Source: Malacoraja senta
Taxonomy: Eukaryota
Length of the DNA stretch: 64,000 nt
Direction of reading: 5' to 3'
Assembly (NCBI GenBank): GCA_038087875.1
Contig: JAXLNO010000235.1
Location: forward strand, 248,001 to 312,000
Numbering within the stretch: position 1 is the first letter of the stretch; each line of letters opens with the position of its first letter. A program made the translations under genes and the position numbers. Shown piece after piece: positions 9,335 through 21,532 of this stretch. The notes under the pieces were generated by a model. That model had not been told where the DNA came from, did not search any database, and worked only from the letters and a program-made list of their open reading frames with translations.

Positions 9335-10142
9335 AACTCTTCACCCACCAGTTGACTTACTTTGGCTGGGAAAGTACATCTGGGACCCGTAAACACTCAG
9401 CATAGGAGCACCGCAAGGCTGCGTACTCTCTCCTCTACGCTCTCTACACCAACGACTTCACCTCTGTCAGTCAAGCTTCTCAAGTTTGCGGACAACACAA
9501 CCCTGATTGGACTGATCCAGGATGGGGATAAATCGGCCTACAGACAGCAAGTGTCACAGCTGGCGTCCTGGTGCCGTAGCAACAACCTGGAGCTCAATTC
9601 TCTTAAGACAGTGGAATTGATTGTAGACTTTAGGAGAGCTCCCCCTCCCCTCACCGCACTCACCATCAACAACACCACAGTCACATCTGTGGAATCTTTT
9701 AAGTTCCTGGGAACCATCATCTCCAAGGACCATAAGTGGGGGGCTACCATGGACTCCACAGTCAAACAGGCACAACAGATGATGTACTTCCTGCGGCAGC
9801 TGAGGAAACACAATCTGCCACAGGCAATGATGGTCCAATTCTACACGACCATCGTAGAGTCTGTTCTCACCATCCCCATCATGCTCTGGTTTGGCTCAGT
9901 CACCAAGCACGACACCTGGAAGCTGCAGCGAATCGTCCGATCAGCAGAGAAGGTTATTGGCTGCAACCTTCCCTCCATTGATGAACTGTACACTGCAAGG
10001 GCCAGGAAGCGAGCGGGTAAGATCATCTCTGACCCCTCTCACCCTGGCCACAAACTATTTCAATCACTACCCTCTGGAAGGCGATTCCGGATTGTCACAG
10101 CAGTTTTTTATTCTCGAGTAGTTGCTCTACTCAACAGCCAAA
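9335..10142 (+). mobile_element. Rex1/Babar-type LINE RT fragment (unit 2: ~36361-37173)
   Basis: KLLKFADNTTLIGLI...LASWCRSNNLELN..KTVELIVDFRR...DPSHPGHKLFQSLPSGRR in ORF 9362..10177. Confidence 0.9.
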
Positions 10143-10288
10143 ATTGTTGGAATTGTTATATGGTTATATGGTTATAACAGCGGCGCCTAGCATTTATATA
10201 TGCCTGAAGTAATTGAACTCCGCAATTGAATCTACAATGTTGGACACGTTCTTCTTCCTAACTTGTCTAATCTGATGTGCAACTATTT

Positions 10289-10583
10289 GGGCGGCACGGT
10301 GGCGCAGCGATGGAGTTGCTGCCTTACAGCGCCAGAGACCTGGGTCAATCCTGACCGGGGATGATGCCTGTACTTTCTTCCTGTGACAGCGTGGGTTTTC
10401 TCCGGGTGCTCCGGTTTCCTCCCACACGCCACAGACCTGCAGGTTTTCAAGGTTAATTGGCTTTGGAAAATTTGTAAATTGTCCCTAGTGCGTAGGGTAG
10501 TGCTAGCGTACGGGGTGATCGCTGGTCGGTGTGGTCTCGATGGGCCGAAAGGCCAGTTTCCACTCTATATCGCTAAAGTTTAA
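10289..10583 (+). mobile_element. Full-length V-SINE (HE1-like) (unit 2: 37320-37614)
   Basis: tRNA-like head ggcggcacggtggcgcagcg..., V-domain tgggttttctccgggtgctccggtttcctcccaca, CR1-like 3' end gggccgaaaggcc. Confidence 0.88.
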
Positions 10584-10950
10584 ATCAGCTTGTCTTAACT
10601 CATCTCATTCCATTCCCCACCAAACCCTTTGTTAAAGATAAAGATTGATAACCTGAGGTTTAAAACATAGAACAGTAGAACACAGGAACCGCCCCTTCGG
10701 CCCACAATGCCTGTGCTAAACGTGACACCACTGCCAACTCTTATCTGTCTGCACATTATCATTATCCCTCCATTCCCTGCCTATCCAAAAACCTGTTAAA
10801 TGCCACTGTTCTATCTGCCTCCACCACCCCTGGCAACACACTCAAGGTGCACTCTAACCTCTTATAACTTGCTCCACACATCTTTAAACTTTGCCCCACT
10901 CTCGTTAAAGCTATGCCCTCTAGTATTCCATCTCTGTCCTGGGGAAAAGG

Positions 10951-12545
10951 GACGGGCACGGTGGCGCAGCGGTAGAGTTCTTTGCTTACACTGCTTGCAG
11001 TGCCAGAGACCCGGGTTCGATCCTGACTACGGGTGCTGTCAGTACAGATTTGTACATTTTCCCCTTGACCCGCGTGGGTTTTTTTTCCGAGATTTCTGCG
11101 TAGTGCAATTTTTCTGGGGGAAGGAGTGTCCGGGATGGGTGACTGGCAATCCCCAAGGTACAGAGTTAAGTTGTGTAACAGCCGCAGGGAAGAAGCTGTT
11201 CCTGAACCTGCTGATCTGGCAACGGAGAGACCTGTGGTGCCTCCCGGATGGGAGGAGGATAAACAGTATGTGGCTGGGGTGAGAGCAGTCCTTGATGATG
11301 CTGCGCGCCCTTCGCAGACAATGCTTGCATTGGACAGACTCAATGGAGGGGAGTGAGGAACCGGTGATGCGTTGGGCAGTTTTCACCACCCTCTGCAGTG
11401 CTTTCCGGTCGAAGACAGTTGCCATACCAACCTGTGATACAGTTGGTAAGGATGCTCTCGATGGTGCAGCGGTAGATGTTCACCAGAATCTGAGGAGACA
11501 GATGGATCTTCTTTTGTCTCCTCAGGAAGAAGAGAAGCTGGTGAGCCTTCTTAACCAGTGTTGAGGTATTGTGGGTCCAAGAGAGGTCATCAGAGATGTT
11601 GACTCCCAGAAACCTGAAGCTGGAAACACGTTCCACCTCCGTCCCGTTAATGTGGATGGGGGTGTGCGTGCCGCCCCTAGACTTTCTGTAGTCCACAATG
11701 AGCTCCTTGGTCTTCTTGTAGTTACAGGCCAGGTTGTTGTCAGCGCACCATGCTGCTAGGAGCTGGACCTCCTCCCTATAGGCCGACTCATCGTTGTTGC
11801 TGATGAGGCCAATCACTGTTGTATCATCTGCATACTTGATGATGGTGTTAGTACCATGTACAGGTGTGCAGTCGTAGGTGAAGAGGGAGTAGAGGAGGGG
11901 GCTCAGCACACAGCCCTGTGGAACGCCGGTGTTCAGGGTGAGGGTTGAAGAGGTGTGGTTGTCTGACCTAACAGACTGGGGTCTGTTAGTTAGAAAGTCC
12001 AGTATCCAGTTGCAGAGGGAGGGGTCGATGCCCAGGTCGCTGAGTTTGGTCATCAGTTTTGAGGGGATAATGATGTTAAATGCTGAGATGAACAGCATTC
12101 TCACCTAGGTGTCTCTGTTGTCGAGGTGGGAGAGGGCGGAGTGAAGTGCCGTTGAGATGGCATCCTCCGTACTCCTGTTCTTGCGGTAGGCGAACTGATA
12201 GGGATCCAATGTGGGAGGTAGGCAGCCTTTGAGGTGTGCCAGGACCAACCTCTCGAAGCACTTAGTGATAATGGGAGTAAGTGCAACTGGGCAGAAGTCG
12301 TTGAGGCTCGCCACAGTGGAGTGTTTTGGCACCGGCACGAGGGAGGTGGTTTTAAGGCACGTGGGGACAACTGCTTGGGCATGTGACAGGTTGAAGATGT
12401 CAGTCTAGAGAGTAGGTTAATTTGGTATAAATGTAAATTGTCCCTAGTGTGCGTGGGGTAGTTTAATGCACGGGTATCGCTGGTTGACGTGGACGCGGTG
12501 GGCTGAAGGGCCTGATTCTGTGCTGTATCTCTAAACTAAACCAAA
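10951..12545 (+). mobile_element. V-SINE apparently split by the antisense Rex1-type LINE (5' part ~10951-11096, 3' part ~12410-12545)
   Basis: SINE head and partial V-domain lie before the LINE. The SINE 3' part (gtaggttaatttgg...ctaaactaaa) follows it. Confidence 0.6.
11165..12405 (-). mobile_element. Rex1/Babar-type LINE RT fragment (unit 2: ~38196-39436)
   Basis: [51 protein letters not shown] and LLPSGRH..SLR, broken by frameshifts. Confidence 0.93.
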
Positions 12546-12675
12546 AAAGTTCTGACTGTCTGGTTAAAGATATGAACACATGGGCTCACTGGTCTGCGGG
12601 CTATAGAAAGAATCTTGTACTTTGCTGACTTTCACAAGCAATGTTAAACTGAGACCAACGAAGTAACGGCAATAG

Positions 12676-12966
12676 TTTGTTTTAGAGAGATGGCGTGAAA
12701 ACAGGCCCTTCCGCCTACCGAGCCCGCGCCAACCAACGATCACTTGTACACTAGTCCTATATCCTTCACACTAGGGGCAATTTACAGACGTCAATTAACC
12801 TACACACCGGCACATCTCTAGAATGTGGGAGGAAACCAGAGCACCGGAAGGAATCCCACGTGGGTCACAGGGAGAACCTACAAACTACACGCACACGTAG
12901 ACAGGATCGAACCCGGGTCTCTGGCACCGTAAGGCAGCAACTCTTAGTCTATCGCTGCGCCACCAT
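12676..12966 (-). mobile_element. V-SINE (HE1-like)
   Basis: Reverse-strand head (tggtggcgcagcg...gacccgggttcgatcc), V-domain (tgtgggaggaaaccagagcacc on +) and CR1-like tail. Confidence 0.8.
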
Positions 12967-13397
12967 GCTGATCAATTCAATTGATGCTAAGGAAGTTGTA
13001 TGTCAGCCCTCTGCAAACTTTAAAACCCAATGAGATGTTCCTTCTCCATTTGGTACATCAAGTCCTCTCCGTCATTCAATCATATCTGGATTGGCATGGC
13101 TTAGAACATCAGAAAAACCCTCTGCCACAGCCACTGATTTCTCAGGGACTACAAAGGGAAAATGTACTCCAGTAATCCCTCTGTGTGCTTTATATCTGCC
13201 TGTTAAGGTGTTCAGATTTGTCAAATATTGAATTGCATTCCAACAATGGAGTCTTTAGGTTTATGGAGTTAAGCGTGAAACTGATAAAGCAGAAGTATTT
13301 TCGTGCCAGGAACAAACTACACACTCTTTGACTATAGACAACTCTCATTTGGCAAATGGCAAAAATATTCTGCTGTTTTTAAAGTATTTTTCCCCAA

Positions 13398-13672
13398 CAT
13401 GGCAGTGTGGCTCAGCGGTAGAGTTGCTGCCTCACTGCGCCGGAGACGCAGGTGCTGTCTGTACAGAGTATGTATGTTCCCCTCGTGACCAGCGTGGGTT
13501 TTCTACGGATGCTCCGGTTTCCTCCCACACTCCAAAGACGTGCAGGTTTGTAGGTTAATTGGCTTTGGTAAAAAGTCCCCAGTGTGTAGGATAGTGAGGG
13601 TGTAGAGGTGAATACTGGTCGGCGTGGACTCGGTGGGCCAAAGGGCCCGTTACCACACTGTATCTCGAAATG
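13398..13672 (+). mobile_element. V-SINE (HE1-like)
   Basis: gtggctcagcggtagagttgctgcc head, V-domain and gggccaaagggccc tail. Confidence 0.8.
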
Positions 13673-13816
13673 AAAACACTTGAGATTTAATATTGTTTGT
13701 GCTGGAGTAACTCAGCGGGTTGAGCAGCATCTCTGGAGAACATGAGTGGGTGACGTTTTGGTTCAGGACCCGTCTTCAGGACCAGACGTCAACGAGTGCT
13801 GGACTCACCATGACGT

Positions 13817-14335
13817 AGAAACATAGAAAATAGGTGCAGGAGTAGGCCATTCGGCCCTTCGAGCCAGCACCGCCTTTCAATATGATTTTGGCTGATCATC
13901 CAAAATCAATACCCCATTCCTGCTATCTCCCCATATCCCTTGATTCTGTTAGCCCAAAGAGCCACATCCAACACTCACTTGAAAACATCCAGTGAATTGG
14001 CCTCCACTGCCTTCTGTGGCAGAGAATTCTACAGATTTTCTGCGTGAAAATGTTTTCCCTCTTCTGAGTCCTAAATGGCCTAACCCGTTATTCTTAAACT
14101 GTGACCCCTGGTTCTGGACTCCCCGAACATCGGGAACATTGTTCCTGCATCTAGCCTTAACTCCTTTAAGAATGTTATATGTTTTCATAAGATTCCCTCT
14201 CATCCTTCTCATTTCCAGCGAATTCAAGCCCAGTCTACCCATGCTTTCATCATACGTAAGTCTCGCACCCCGGATATTGATCTGGTGAACTTACGCTGCA
14301 CTCCCTCAATAGTAAGAATGTCCTTCTGCAAATTA
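13817..14335 (-). mobile_element. Degenerate CR1 LINE 3' fragment
   Basis: RLGLNSLEMRRMRGNL..TY.ILKG on -, with a (TAGAAACA)-type tail at ~13817. Confidence 0.85.
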
Positions 14336-14640
14336 GGAAAGGTACAGGAGTGTGAAAACGCACACCTCCAGATTCAGGGACAGTTTCTTCCCAGCTGTTA
14401 CCAGGCAACTAAAGCATCCTACCACAACCAGAGAGCAGTTCTGAACTACTATCTACCTCATTGGTAACCCTCGGACTATCCTTGCTGGCTTTACCTTGCA
14501 CTAAACGTTATTCCTTTACCATGTATCTATACATTGCAAATGGCTCGATTGTAATCATGCAATGTCTTTCTGCTAACTGTTTTTAACATGCGACAAAAAG
14601 CATTTCTCCGTACACGTGACAATAAACTCAATTGAACTGA
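14336..14640 (+). mobile_element. Rex1/L2-like LINE 3' end
   Basis: RYRSVKTHTSRFRDSFFPAV..QL-like C-terminus and a gacaataaactcaattgaactga tail. Confidence 0.65.
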
Positions 14641-14764
14641 GTTCCTTGTATCTACCGCATGAGTCCAGTTGGTTATAAACACTGTGACATGTGGCCATAT
14701 GGTGAAGTGGTTTATTCCCTTCTGGGCCGGCCTTCCATTCATAAGATCGCAAGTTTGTAAACCA

Positions 14765-16182
14765 TCATAGATACATAGATACATAGAAAATAGGTGCAGG
14801 AGTAGGCCATTCGGCCCTTCGAGCATGCACCGCCATTCAATATGGTCATGGCTGATCATCCAACTCAGTATCCCGTACCTGCCTTCTCTCCATACCCCCT
14901 GATCCCCTTAGCCACAAGGGCCACATCTAACTCCCTCTTAAATATAGCCAATGAACTGGCCTCAACTACCCTCTGTGGCAGAGAGTTCCAGAGATTCACC
15001 ACTCTCTGTGTGAAAAAGTTTTTCCTCATCTCGTTCCTAAAGGATTTCCCCCTTATCCTTAAGCTGTGACCCCTTGTCCTGGACTTCCCCAACATCGGGA
15101 ACAATCTTCCTGCATCTAGCCTGTCCAACCCCATAAGAATCTTTCTTCATATGAAAGTCCTGACATCCCAGGAATCAGTCTGGTGAACCTTCTCTGCACT
15201 CCCTCTATGGCTATAATGTCCTTCCTCAGATTTGGAGACCAAAACTGTACGCAATACTCCAGGTGTGGTCTCACCAAGACCCTGTACAACTGCAGTAGAA
15301 CCTCCCTGCTCCTATACTCAAATCCTCTTGCTATGAAGGCCAACATACCATTCGCTTTCTTCACTGCCTGCTGTACCTGCATGCCTACTTTCAATGACTT
15401 GTGTACCATGACACCCAGGTCTCGCTGCATCTCCCCATTTCCCAATCGGCCACCATTTAGATAATAGTCTGCCTTCCCGTTTTTGCCACCAAAGTGGATA
15501 ACCTCACACTTATCCACATTATACTGCATCTGCCAAACATCTGCCCACTCACCCAGCCTATCCAAGTCACCCTGCAGTCTCCTAGCATCCTCCTCACAGC
15601 TAACACTGCCCCCCAGCTTAGTGTCATCCGCAAACTTGGAGATGTTGCTTTCAATTCCCTCGTCCAGATCATTAATATAAATTGTAAATAGCTGGGGTCC
15701 CAGCACTGAGCCTTGCGGTACCCCACTAGTCACTGCCTGCCATTGTGAAAAGGACCCGTTTACTCCTACTCTTTGCTTCCTGTTTGCCAGCCAGTTCTCT
15801 ATCCACATCAATACTGAACCCCCAATACCGTGTGATTTAAGTTTGTACCCTAATCTTTTATGTGGTACCTTGTCGAAAGCCTTCTGAAAGTCCAGATACA
15901 ACACATCCACTGGTTCTCCCCTATCCACTCTACTAGTTACATCCTCGAAAAATTCTATAAGATTCGTCAGACACGATTTACCTTTCATAAATCCATGCTG
16001 ACTTTGTCCAATGATTTCACCACTTTCCAAATGTGCTGCTATCACATCTTTAATAACTGACTCTAGCAGTTTCCCCACTACCGATGTTAGACTAACTGGT
16101 CTGTAATTCCCCGTTTTCTCTCTCCCTCCCTTCTTAAAAAGTGGGGTTACGTTTGCTACCCTCCAATCCTCAGGAACTACTC
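14765..16182 (-). mobile_element. CR1 LINE RT fragment with a small internal deletion (unit 2: ~41796-43213)
   Basis: ORF 15116..16078: [46 protein letters not shown]. (TAGATACA)n tail. Confidence 0.95.
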
Positions 16183-16799
16183 ATAATCAGAGGTGACCTC
16201 ATAATGTGCCTGGCCGGCGACATCACAATGAACTGCATCCGTAACCATGAGAGACGGACGGGCTCCATTCCATCCATCAAATTGAAGTGGGTTCACAGTT
16301 TGCGAGATATTAAACAGATCAGAGCTTTAAAATTCACTCTACGTATTTAGAAACAAAGGAACCTGTATCAAAAATGCCGGTGGAGAGTACCAAGCAGGAT
16401 GATAAAAGGAGATCTAAGGTAGATTTGAATCCATTAATAGACCAAGATAAAAGGTGGAGTGACTCAGCGAGTCTTATTCTTAAACTGTGACCCCCTGGTT
16501 CTGGACCCCCTACATTGGGAACATAGGGACGTAGGGCTCTACTGCCACCTCTGAGCTTTTCTTTATGGGAGAGAATCCTATCCATCCAGTGACAATCCTG
16601 TCTCCAGTCTTCAACATCCCCCCCCCCCCCCCGCCTCTCCCCCTACCCACCCTTCTACCCTCTCTGGACCTTTTTATATGCACTGTTGGTGCAACAACTG
16701 CCTTGGCTTCTCTACTCCACTGGCCCACTCAAACCGGAAGGGTCCTGACCTGAAACGACAAATGTTAGGGAGCATCTCTGGAGAACATCTCTGGAGAAG

Positions 16800-17859
16800 G
16801 ATATTGAATTATGTGAGGTAAGGGAAACAAGTAGAAAAGCTATGGAAACTATGAGATTAAAAGAAGAGGAAGTACTGACACTTTAAAAATTATATAAAAG
16901 TGGATAAGTCTTGAGGGAAGTTAGTGTAGAAATAGCAGGGGCTATGACAGAAATATTTCAAATGCCATTAGAAACAGGAACAGTGCCGGAGGATTGGCGT
17001 ACTGCGCATGTTGTTCCATTGTATTAAAAGGGTTCTAAGAGTAAACCTAACAATTATAGACCTGTTAGTTTGACGTCAGTGGTGGGCAAATTAATGGAAA
17101 GGATACTTAGAGATAATATATATAAGCATCTGGATCAACAGGATCTGATTAGGAACAGTCAACATGGATTTGTGCCTGGAAGGTCATGTTTGACTAATCT
17201 TGAATTTTTGAAAAGGTTACTGGGGAAATTGATGAGGGTAAAGCAATGGATGTTGTCTATATGGACTTCAGTAAGGCCTTTGACAAGGTTCCTCATGGAG
17301 GGTTGGTTAAGAAAGTTCAATTGTTGGGTATTAATCGTGGAGCAGCAAGATGGATTCAACAGTGGCTGAATGGGAGATGCCAGAGAGTAATGGTGGATGG
17401 CTGTTTGTCAGGTTGGAGGCCGGTGACTAGTGGCGTGCCTCAGGGATCTGTGTTGGGTCCACTGTTGTTTGTCATGTACATTAATGATCCGGATGGTGGT
17501 GTGGTAAATTGGATTAGTAAGTATGCAGATGATACTAAGATAGGTGGTGTTGTGGATAATGAAGTAGATTTTCAAAGTCTACAGAGATATTTAGGCCATT
17601 TGGAAGAGTCGCCTGAAAGATAGCAGATGGAGTTTAATGCAGATAAGTGTGAGGTGCTACATCTTGGCAGGACAAATCAAAATAGGACGTACATGGTAAA
17701 TGGTAGCGAATTGAGCAATGCAGTTGAACAGAGGGATCTAGGAATAACTGCATAGTTCCCTGAAGGTGGAATCTCATTTAAATAGGGTGGTAAAGAAAGC
17801 TTTTGGTGTGCTGGCCTTCATAAATCAGAGCATTGAGTATAGAAGCTGGAATGTAATGT
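16800..17859 (+). mobile_element. CR1 LINE RT fragment, 3'-truncated by the unit-1 deletion
   Basis: [44 protein letters not shown]. The complete 3' end is retained in unit 2. Confidence 0.9.
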
Positions 17860-19174
17860 CCCTAGTGTGTGGAGTAGTGCTAGTGTACAGGATGATCGCT
17901 GGTTAGTGTTAATGTGCGGGGATCGCTGGTTGCCACGGACCGGGTGGGCCGAAGGGCCTGTTTCTGCGCTGTATCTCTAAACTAAACTAAACTAAACTAA
18001 ACATGAAACATGAAATTAAAGTGATGAGTGGAAAGGATTGCGGATGTGCAAAGATTGGGGAGGGCGAGGGGGTTAGTCAGTCTACCCCATGACAGAAGGG
18101 GGTGGAGTTGTACAGTTTGATAGCCATAGGGGAGCACGATCTCCTGTGGCGTTCTGTGCTGCATCTTGGTGGAGCCAGTCTGTTGCTGAAGGTGTTCCTC
18201 AGTGTGTCATGGAGTGGGTTACGTAGCAGCACAACAGTAGTGTAACATATTGCACTGTAAAACCCTTATTAAACAGCAAAATAAGTTCCGTGTATATTAG
18301 AGAAACACAATTAGTCCAAATAGTCCTGTCCAAATATCTTCTAAATGCCATTGTACCAGCCTCCACTACCTCCTCTGGCAGCTTGTTCCATATACCCATC
18401 TCCTGGGAGAAGGGAGTGAGTTAATTATGGTAGACAAAAATCCTGGAGAAACTCAGCAGGTGAGGCGGCGTCTAGATGCATGCTGCCTCATCCGCTGAGT
18501 TTCTCCAGCATTTTTGTCAACCTTCGATTTTTCCAGCATGTGCAGTTCTTTCTTAAACAAGTTAATTATGATAGTGCTTTAGGAATGTTGGATTCAGCCG
18601 AGTCTTAAACGATGCCTCTGTAGAATAATTTATTCCGTTTTGAACTAATCATGCTTTTTTTGTTGATGGGGTGAGAAAACGTGAATCTTTGAGGCTGGGC
18701 AAATATCCATGGTTCAGGCAAACTTGTTTAAATTGGACAAATTGCATTTTCACTTCAAATGAAATAAATTGGCTTGTTTAACCGTTGCTTATTGTTCCAC
18801 GTGAACTCGTTTACAGCATATGCAGACTCCTTTTAATTTAAAATTCTTTTAAAATAGGGTTTGACTTAGTCAAAGCTTCACTTGAAGACCCAACTTTTTG
18901 CATCTTTGAACCATGAATTAATTGGAGACCCAAATATCTCTGTCGAATTGGTTATCAAAATTACCATGTGCTCCCCCGGAATGATGCCAGCTCTTGGGAA
19001 CATTTTCATTATGATTCTTCACATTTCCTTCCAATTCGATTTTTATAAAAAGTTTCAGCTGGTGAACTTTAAACAGCCCTTTTATTTTAAATATCCTTCG
19101 CAGACTTGGTGCGCTGAAGGGCCTGTTTCCACTCTGCATCTCTAAAATTAAAACTAAACTCATGCGCACGGCTT

Positions 19175-19407
19175 GTTGTAGCAATTACAGAGACATGGCT
19201 CCAAGAGGGCTGGTGATGGGAACTGAATATTCAAGGAATATATCTCCTATAGAAGAATAGACAGACAGGTGGGCAGAGCGGCTGGGGTAGCTCTGTTGGT
19301 GAGGAATTAAATTCAGTCCCTTGCAAGGGGTGACATTGAAACAGGAGATGTGGAGTCAGTATGGATAGAACTAAGGAAGTGTAAGGGTAAAAAGAACCTA
19401 TTGGGAC
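19175..19407 (+). mobile_element. CR1-type AP-endonuclease fragment (unit 2: ~48389-48616)
   Basis: VAITETWLQ...LNIQG...DR..GRG.GVAL...VESVWIEL motifs. Confidence 0.8.
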
Positions 19408-19410
19408 TTA

Positions 19411-19771
19411 TCCATTTGGGGATACCAATGGTGTTAGAAAAGGGGGAATTTTGTCCCCAGACCTTTTTAATCTATATATTGATGATCTGTCTAAACAATT
19501 GAAGGCCTGTAACACTGGGTGCGTGATTGGTAATATTTTACTGAACCATATTATGTATGCAGATGATCTTGTGATCTTTAGTCCATCTAGCGCTGGTCTC
19601 CAGCAGCTCCATACTATATGATCTGTGTATGGTGTGGAACATGACATTAAATATAATGCTAGTAAGAATGCTGTTATGATCTGTAGAACCAAAGAGGATA
19701 AATGTCTAACATTTCCTGATTTTAAATTATCTGACAATAATCTTAGTGTCTGTAATAAGGTAAAATATTTA
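19411..19771 (+). mobile_element. RTE-X-like LINE RT fragment (unit 2: ~48620-48979)
   Basis: NGVRQGG.LSPDLFNLYIDDLS...GCVIG..LLNHIMYADDLVIFSPS..GLQ.L..IC..YG...DIKYN. Clade assigned from motif pattern only. Confidence 0.75.
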
Positions 19772-21355
19772 CACTGATTTACAGTATGCTTTCGGAGTCG
19801 TTCACGATTATGGGCAATTGTGGAAAAATCGAGGCTTCCTGACCTCATCAGGAACAGTTATTTCACACCAGAAGTTAGTTTCCAACCTTTTACAGGCAAT
19901 CCAATTGCCCAGTCAGCTTGCAGTTATTAAAGTTCGTGCCCACACATCAGGCCAGAGCCCTATAGATATCGGCAATCGCCTTGCGGATGGTGCCGCTAAA
20001 AAAAGCTTCTTGGACTAACCAGGTTGTTGTGCCCCGAATGATGAGGCAGACTAAAAATTCCAGTAAGAATCAGTCTCCCCCGGAAAAAGGAATGCCAACC
20101 ATCCAGGAAGTACTTCAAATACAGGAGGACGCTCCTGCACAGGTAAAACAGCTGTGGCAGGACCAGGGCTGTGTGTTTGATCCTGTCACTAGCTTATGGG
20201 TTACGCCTGCAGGCCAGACTTGCATGTCTGATGAACTTGCGTTATGGATTATTGAATGTGTACACTTTGCAACTCATTGTGGTGCCAAGGCCGGAAATGA
20301 TATGCTTTTAGACACCTGGTGGCATCCAAAACTTCTGGACTTGGCCCAGCGTGTCAGCCAGCGATGTCTGATTTGCCAGCAGCATAATCCAGGTAAAGGC
20401 TTGCCCTGTGAACCAGGTAAGACCCCTTTACCAGCAGGTCCATTTGAGACCTTGCAAATGGACTACATTGAGTTGAAAAGGTGTCAGTGTTATAAGTATG
20501 TTCTTGTAATTGTCGATGTTTTCAGTAAATGGATTGATGCATACCTGACCACTGACAATAAGGCGTCTACCATTGTAAAAATATTGTTATGCGAAATCAT
20601 ACGGTGTTCCTGCGCGTTTAAGTTCCGATATAGGTCCTTATTTTATTGCTGCAGTAAACAAAGAAATGTGCCAACAATTACAGATACATCAACAGCTCCA
20701 TTGTGGATATAGACCTCAGGCTGCCGGATTGGTGGAACGGGCAAATCAGACTTTGAAAACCAAATTAGCTAAATTAGTGGCACAGACTGGCTTAACGTGG
20801 TTTAAACTGCTTCCTGTAGCTCTTTTTCAGATACAGACCACTCCTTCTGGTACGGCACGACTGACGCCTGCGGAAATAATATATGGTCGACCTTTACGGA
20901 TGCCATGGAATGACCAGGCGGTCCATTTCCATGCCCCCGCAGCGGTCCATTTCTACCAGATGACTGAGGAAATGACATCCTATGTATTAACTTTAACCCG
21001 TGCTTTGCGAACTTCTCATTCACAGGTCAGGGCTGCAAATGGTGAGGCGCCAGCGCTCAAAGTTCCATCTAATATTGAGACGTGTTGCTATGTGCTGGTC
21101 AGGAACTGGAAGCGTAAGCACTTGGACTCACGTTGGGATGGTCCCTTCCAGGTCCTCCTCACCACTCCAACCGCTGCCAAGGTCGAGGGTCGTGCTGCAT
21201 GGGTTCATCTGCACCACTGCAAACTGATTGGGGAGCCCAATCATAAGGGGGGAGCAGAGTCATTTTATTTTCAACTCAGAGTTTTTAGTTTTTACATTGC
21301 TGCTTTGCTTGGGAGTTGTATCATTATAAGTTTAGCTGTATCATTATACGTTTAG
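19764..21355 (+). pseudogene. pol: ERV pol 3' part: RNase H C-half plus integrase (class I, epsilon-like), frameshifted
   Basis: NIYTD.QYAFGVVHDYGQLWKNRGFLTS, AVIKVRAH, GNRLADGAAK (RNase H). HFATH/CLIC zinc finger, LQMDYI, LVERANQTLK and WDGPFQVLLTTPTAAKV (integrase). Frameshifts at ~19998 and ~20602. Confidence 0.95.
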
Positions 21356-21532
21356 TTGTAGCATTATAAGTTTAGTTTTGAATCCTTATTTTGCTATATG
21401 GTTAAGAATATGCGACTGATTACTGGACTGACTGACTGAAGGATGGTTAACTTGAGTGAATAGTTGATTAAGTCAATTAAGTAAGAAATGAACTTTTTGT
21501 AAGCCTTTGCATTCATTTGCAGATAAATTCAA

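Noticed and set aside
10289..10365. tRNA genes
   Set aside because: The A/B-box heads continue into the V-domain and LINE-like tail, so they are SINE heads.
16351..16418. Candidate host exon (tttag|...TKEPVSKMPVESTKQDDKRRSK|gtagat)
   Set aside because: Splice-like ends only. No recognisable protein and no partner exons found.
18600..19105. AT-rich unique segment with short ORFs (18882..19145, 18918..19184)
   Set aside because: No motif, a 4-bp indel between the duplicates shifts the frames, and no coherent exon structure.
21240..21355. Transmembrane tail on integrase (VFSFYIAALLGSCIIISLAVSLYV)
   Set aside because: Probably read-through into a T-rich pol-env spacer. Cannot be supported without an intact family consensus.
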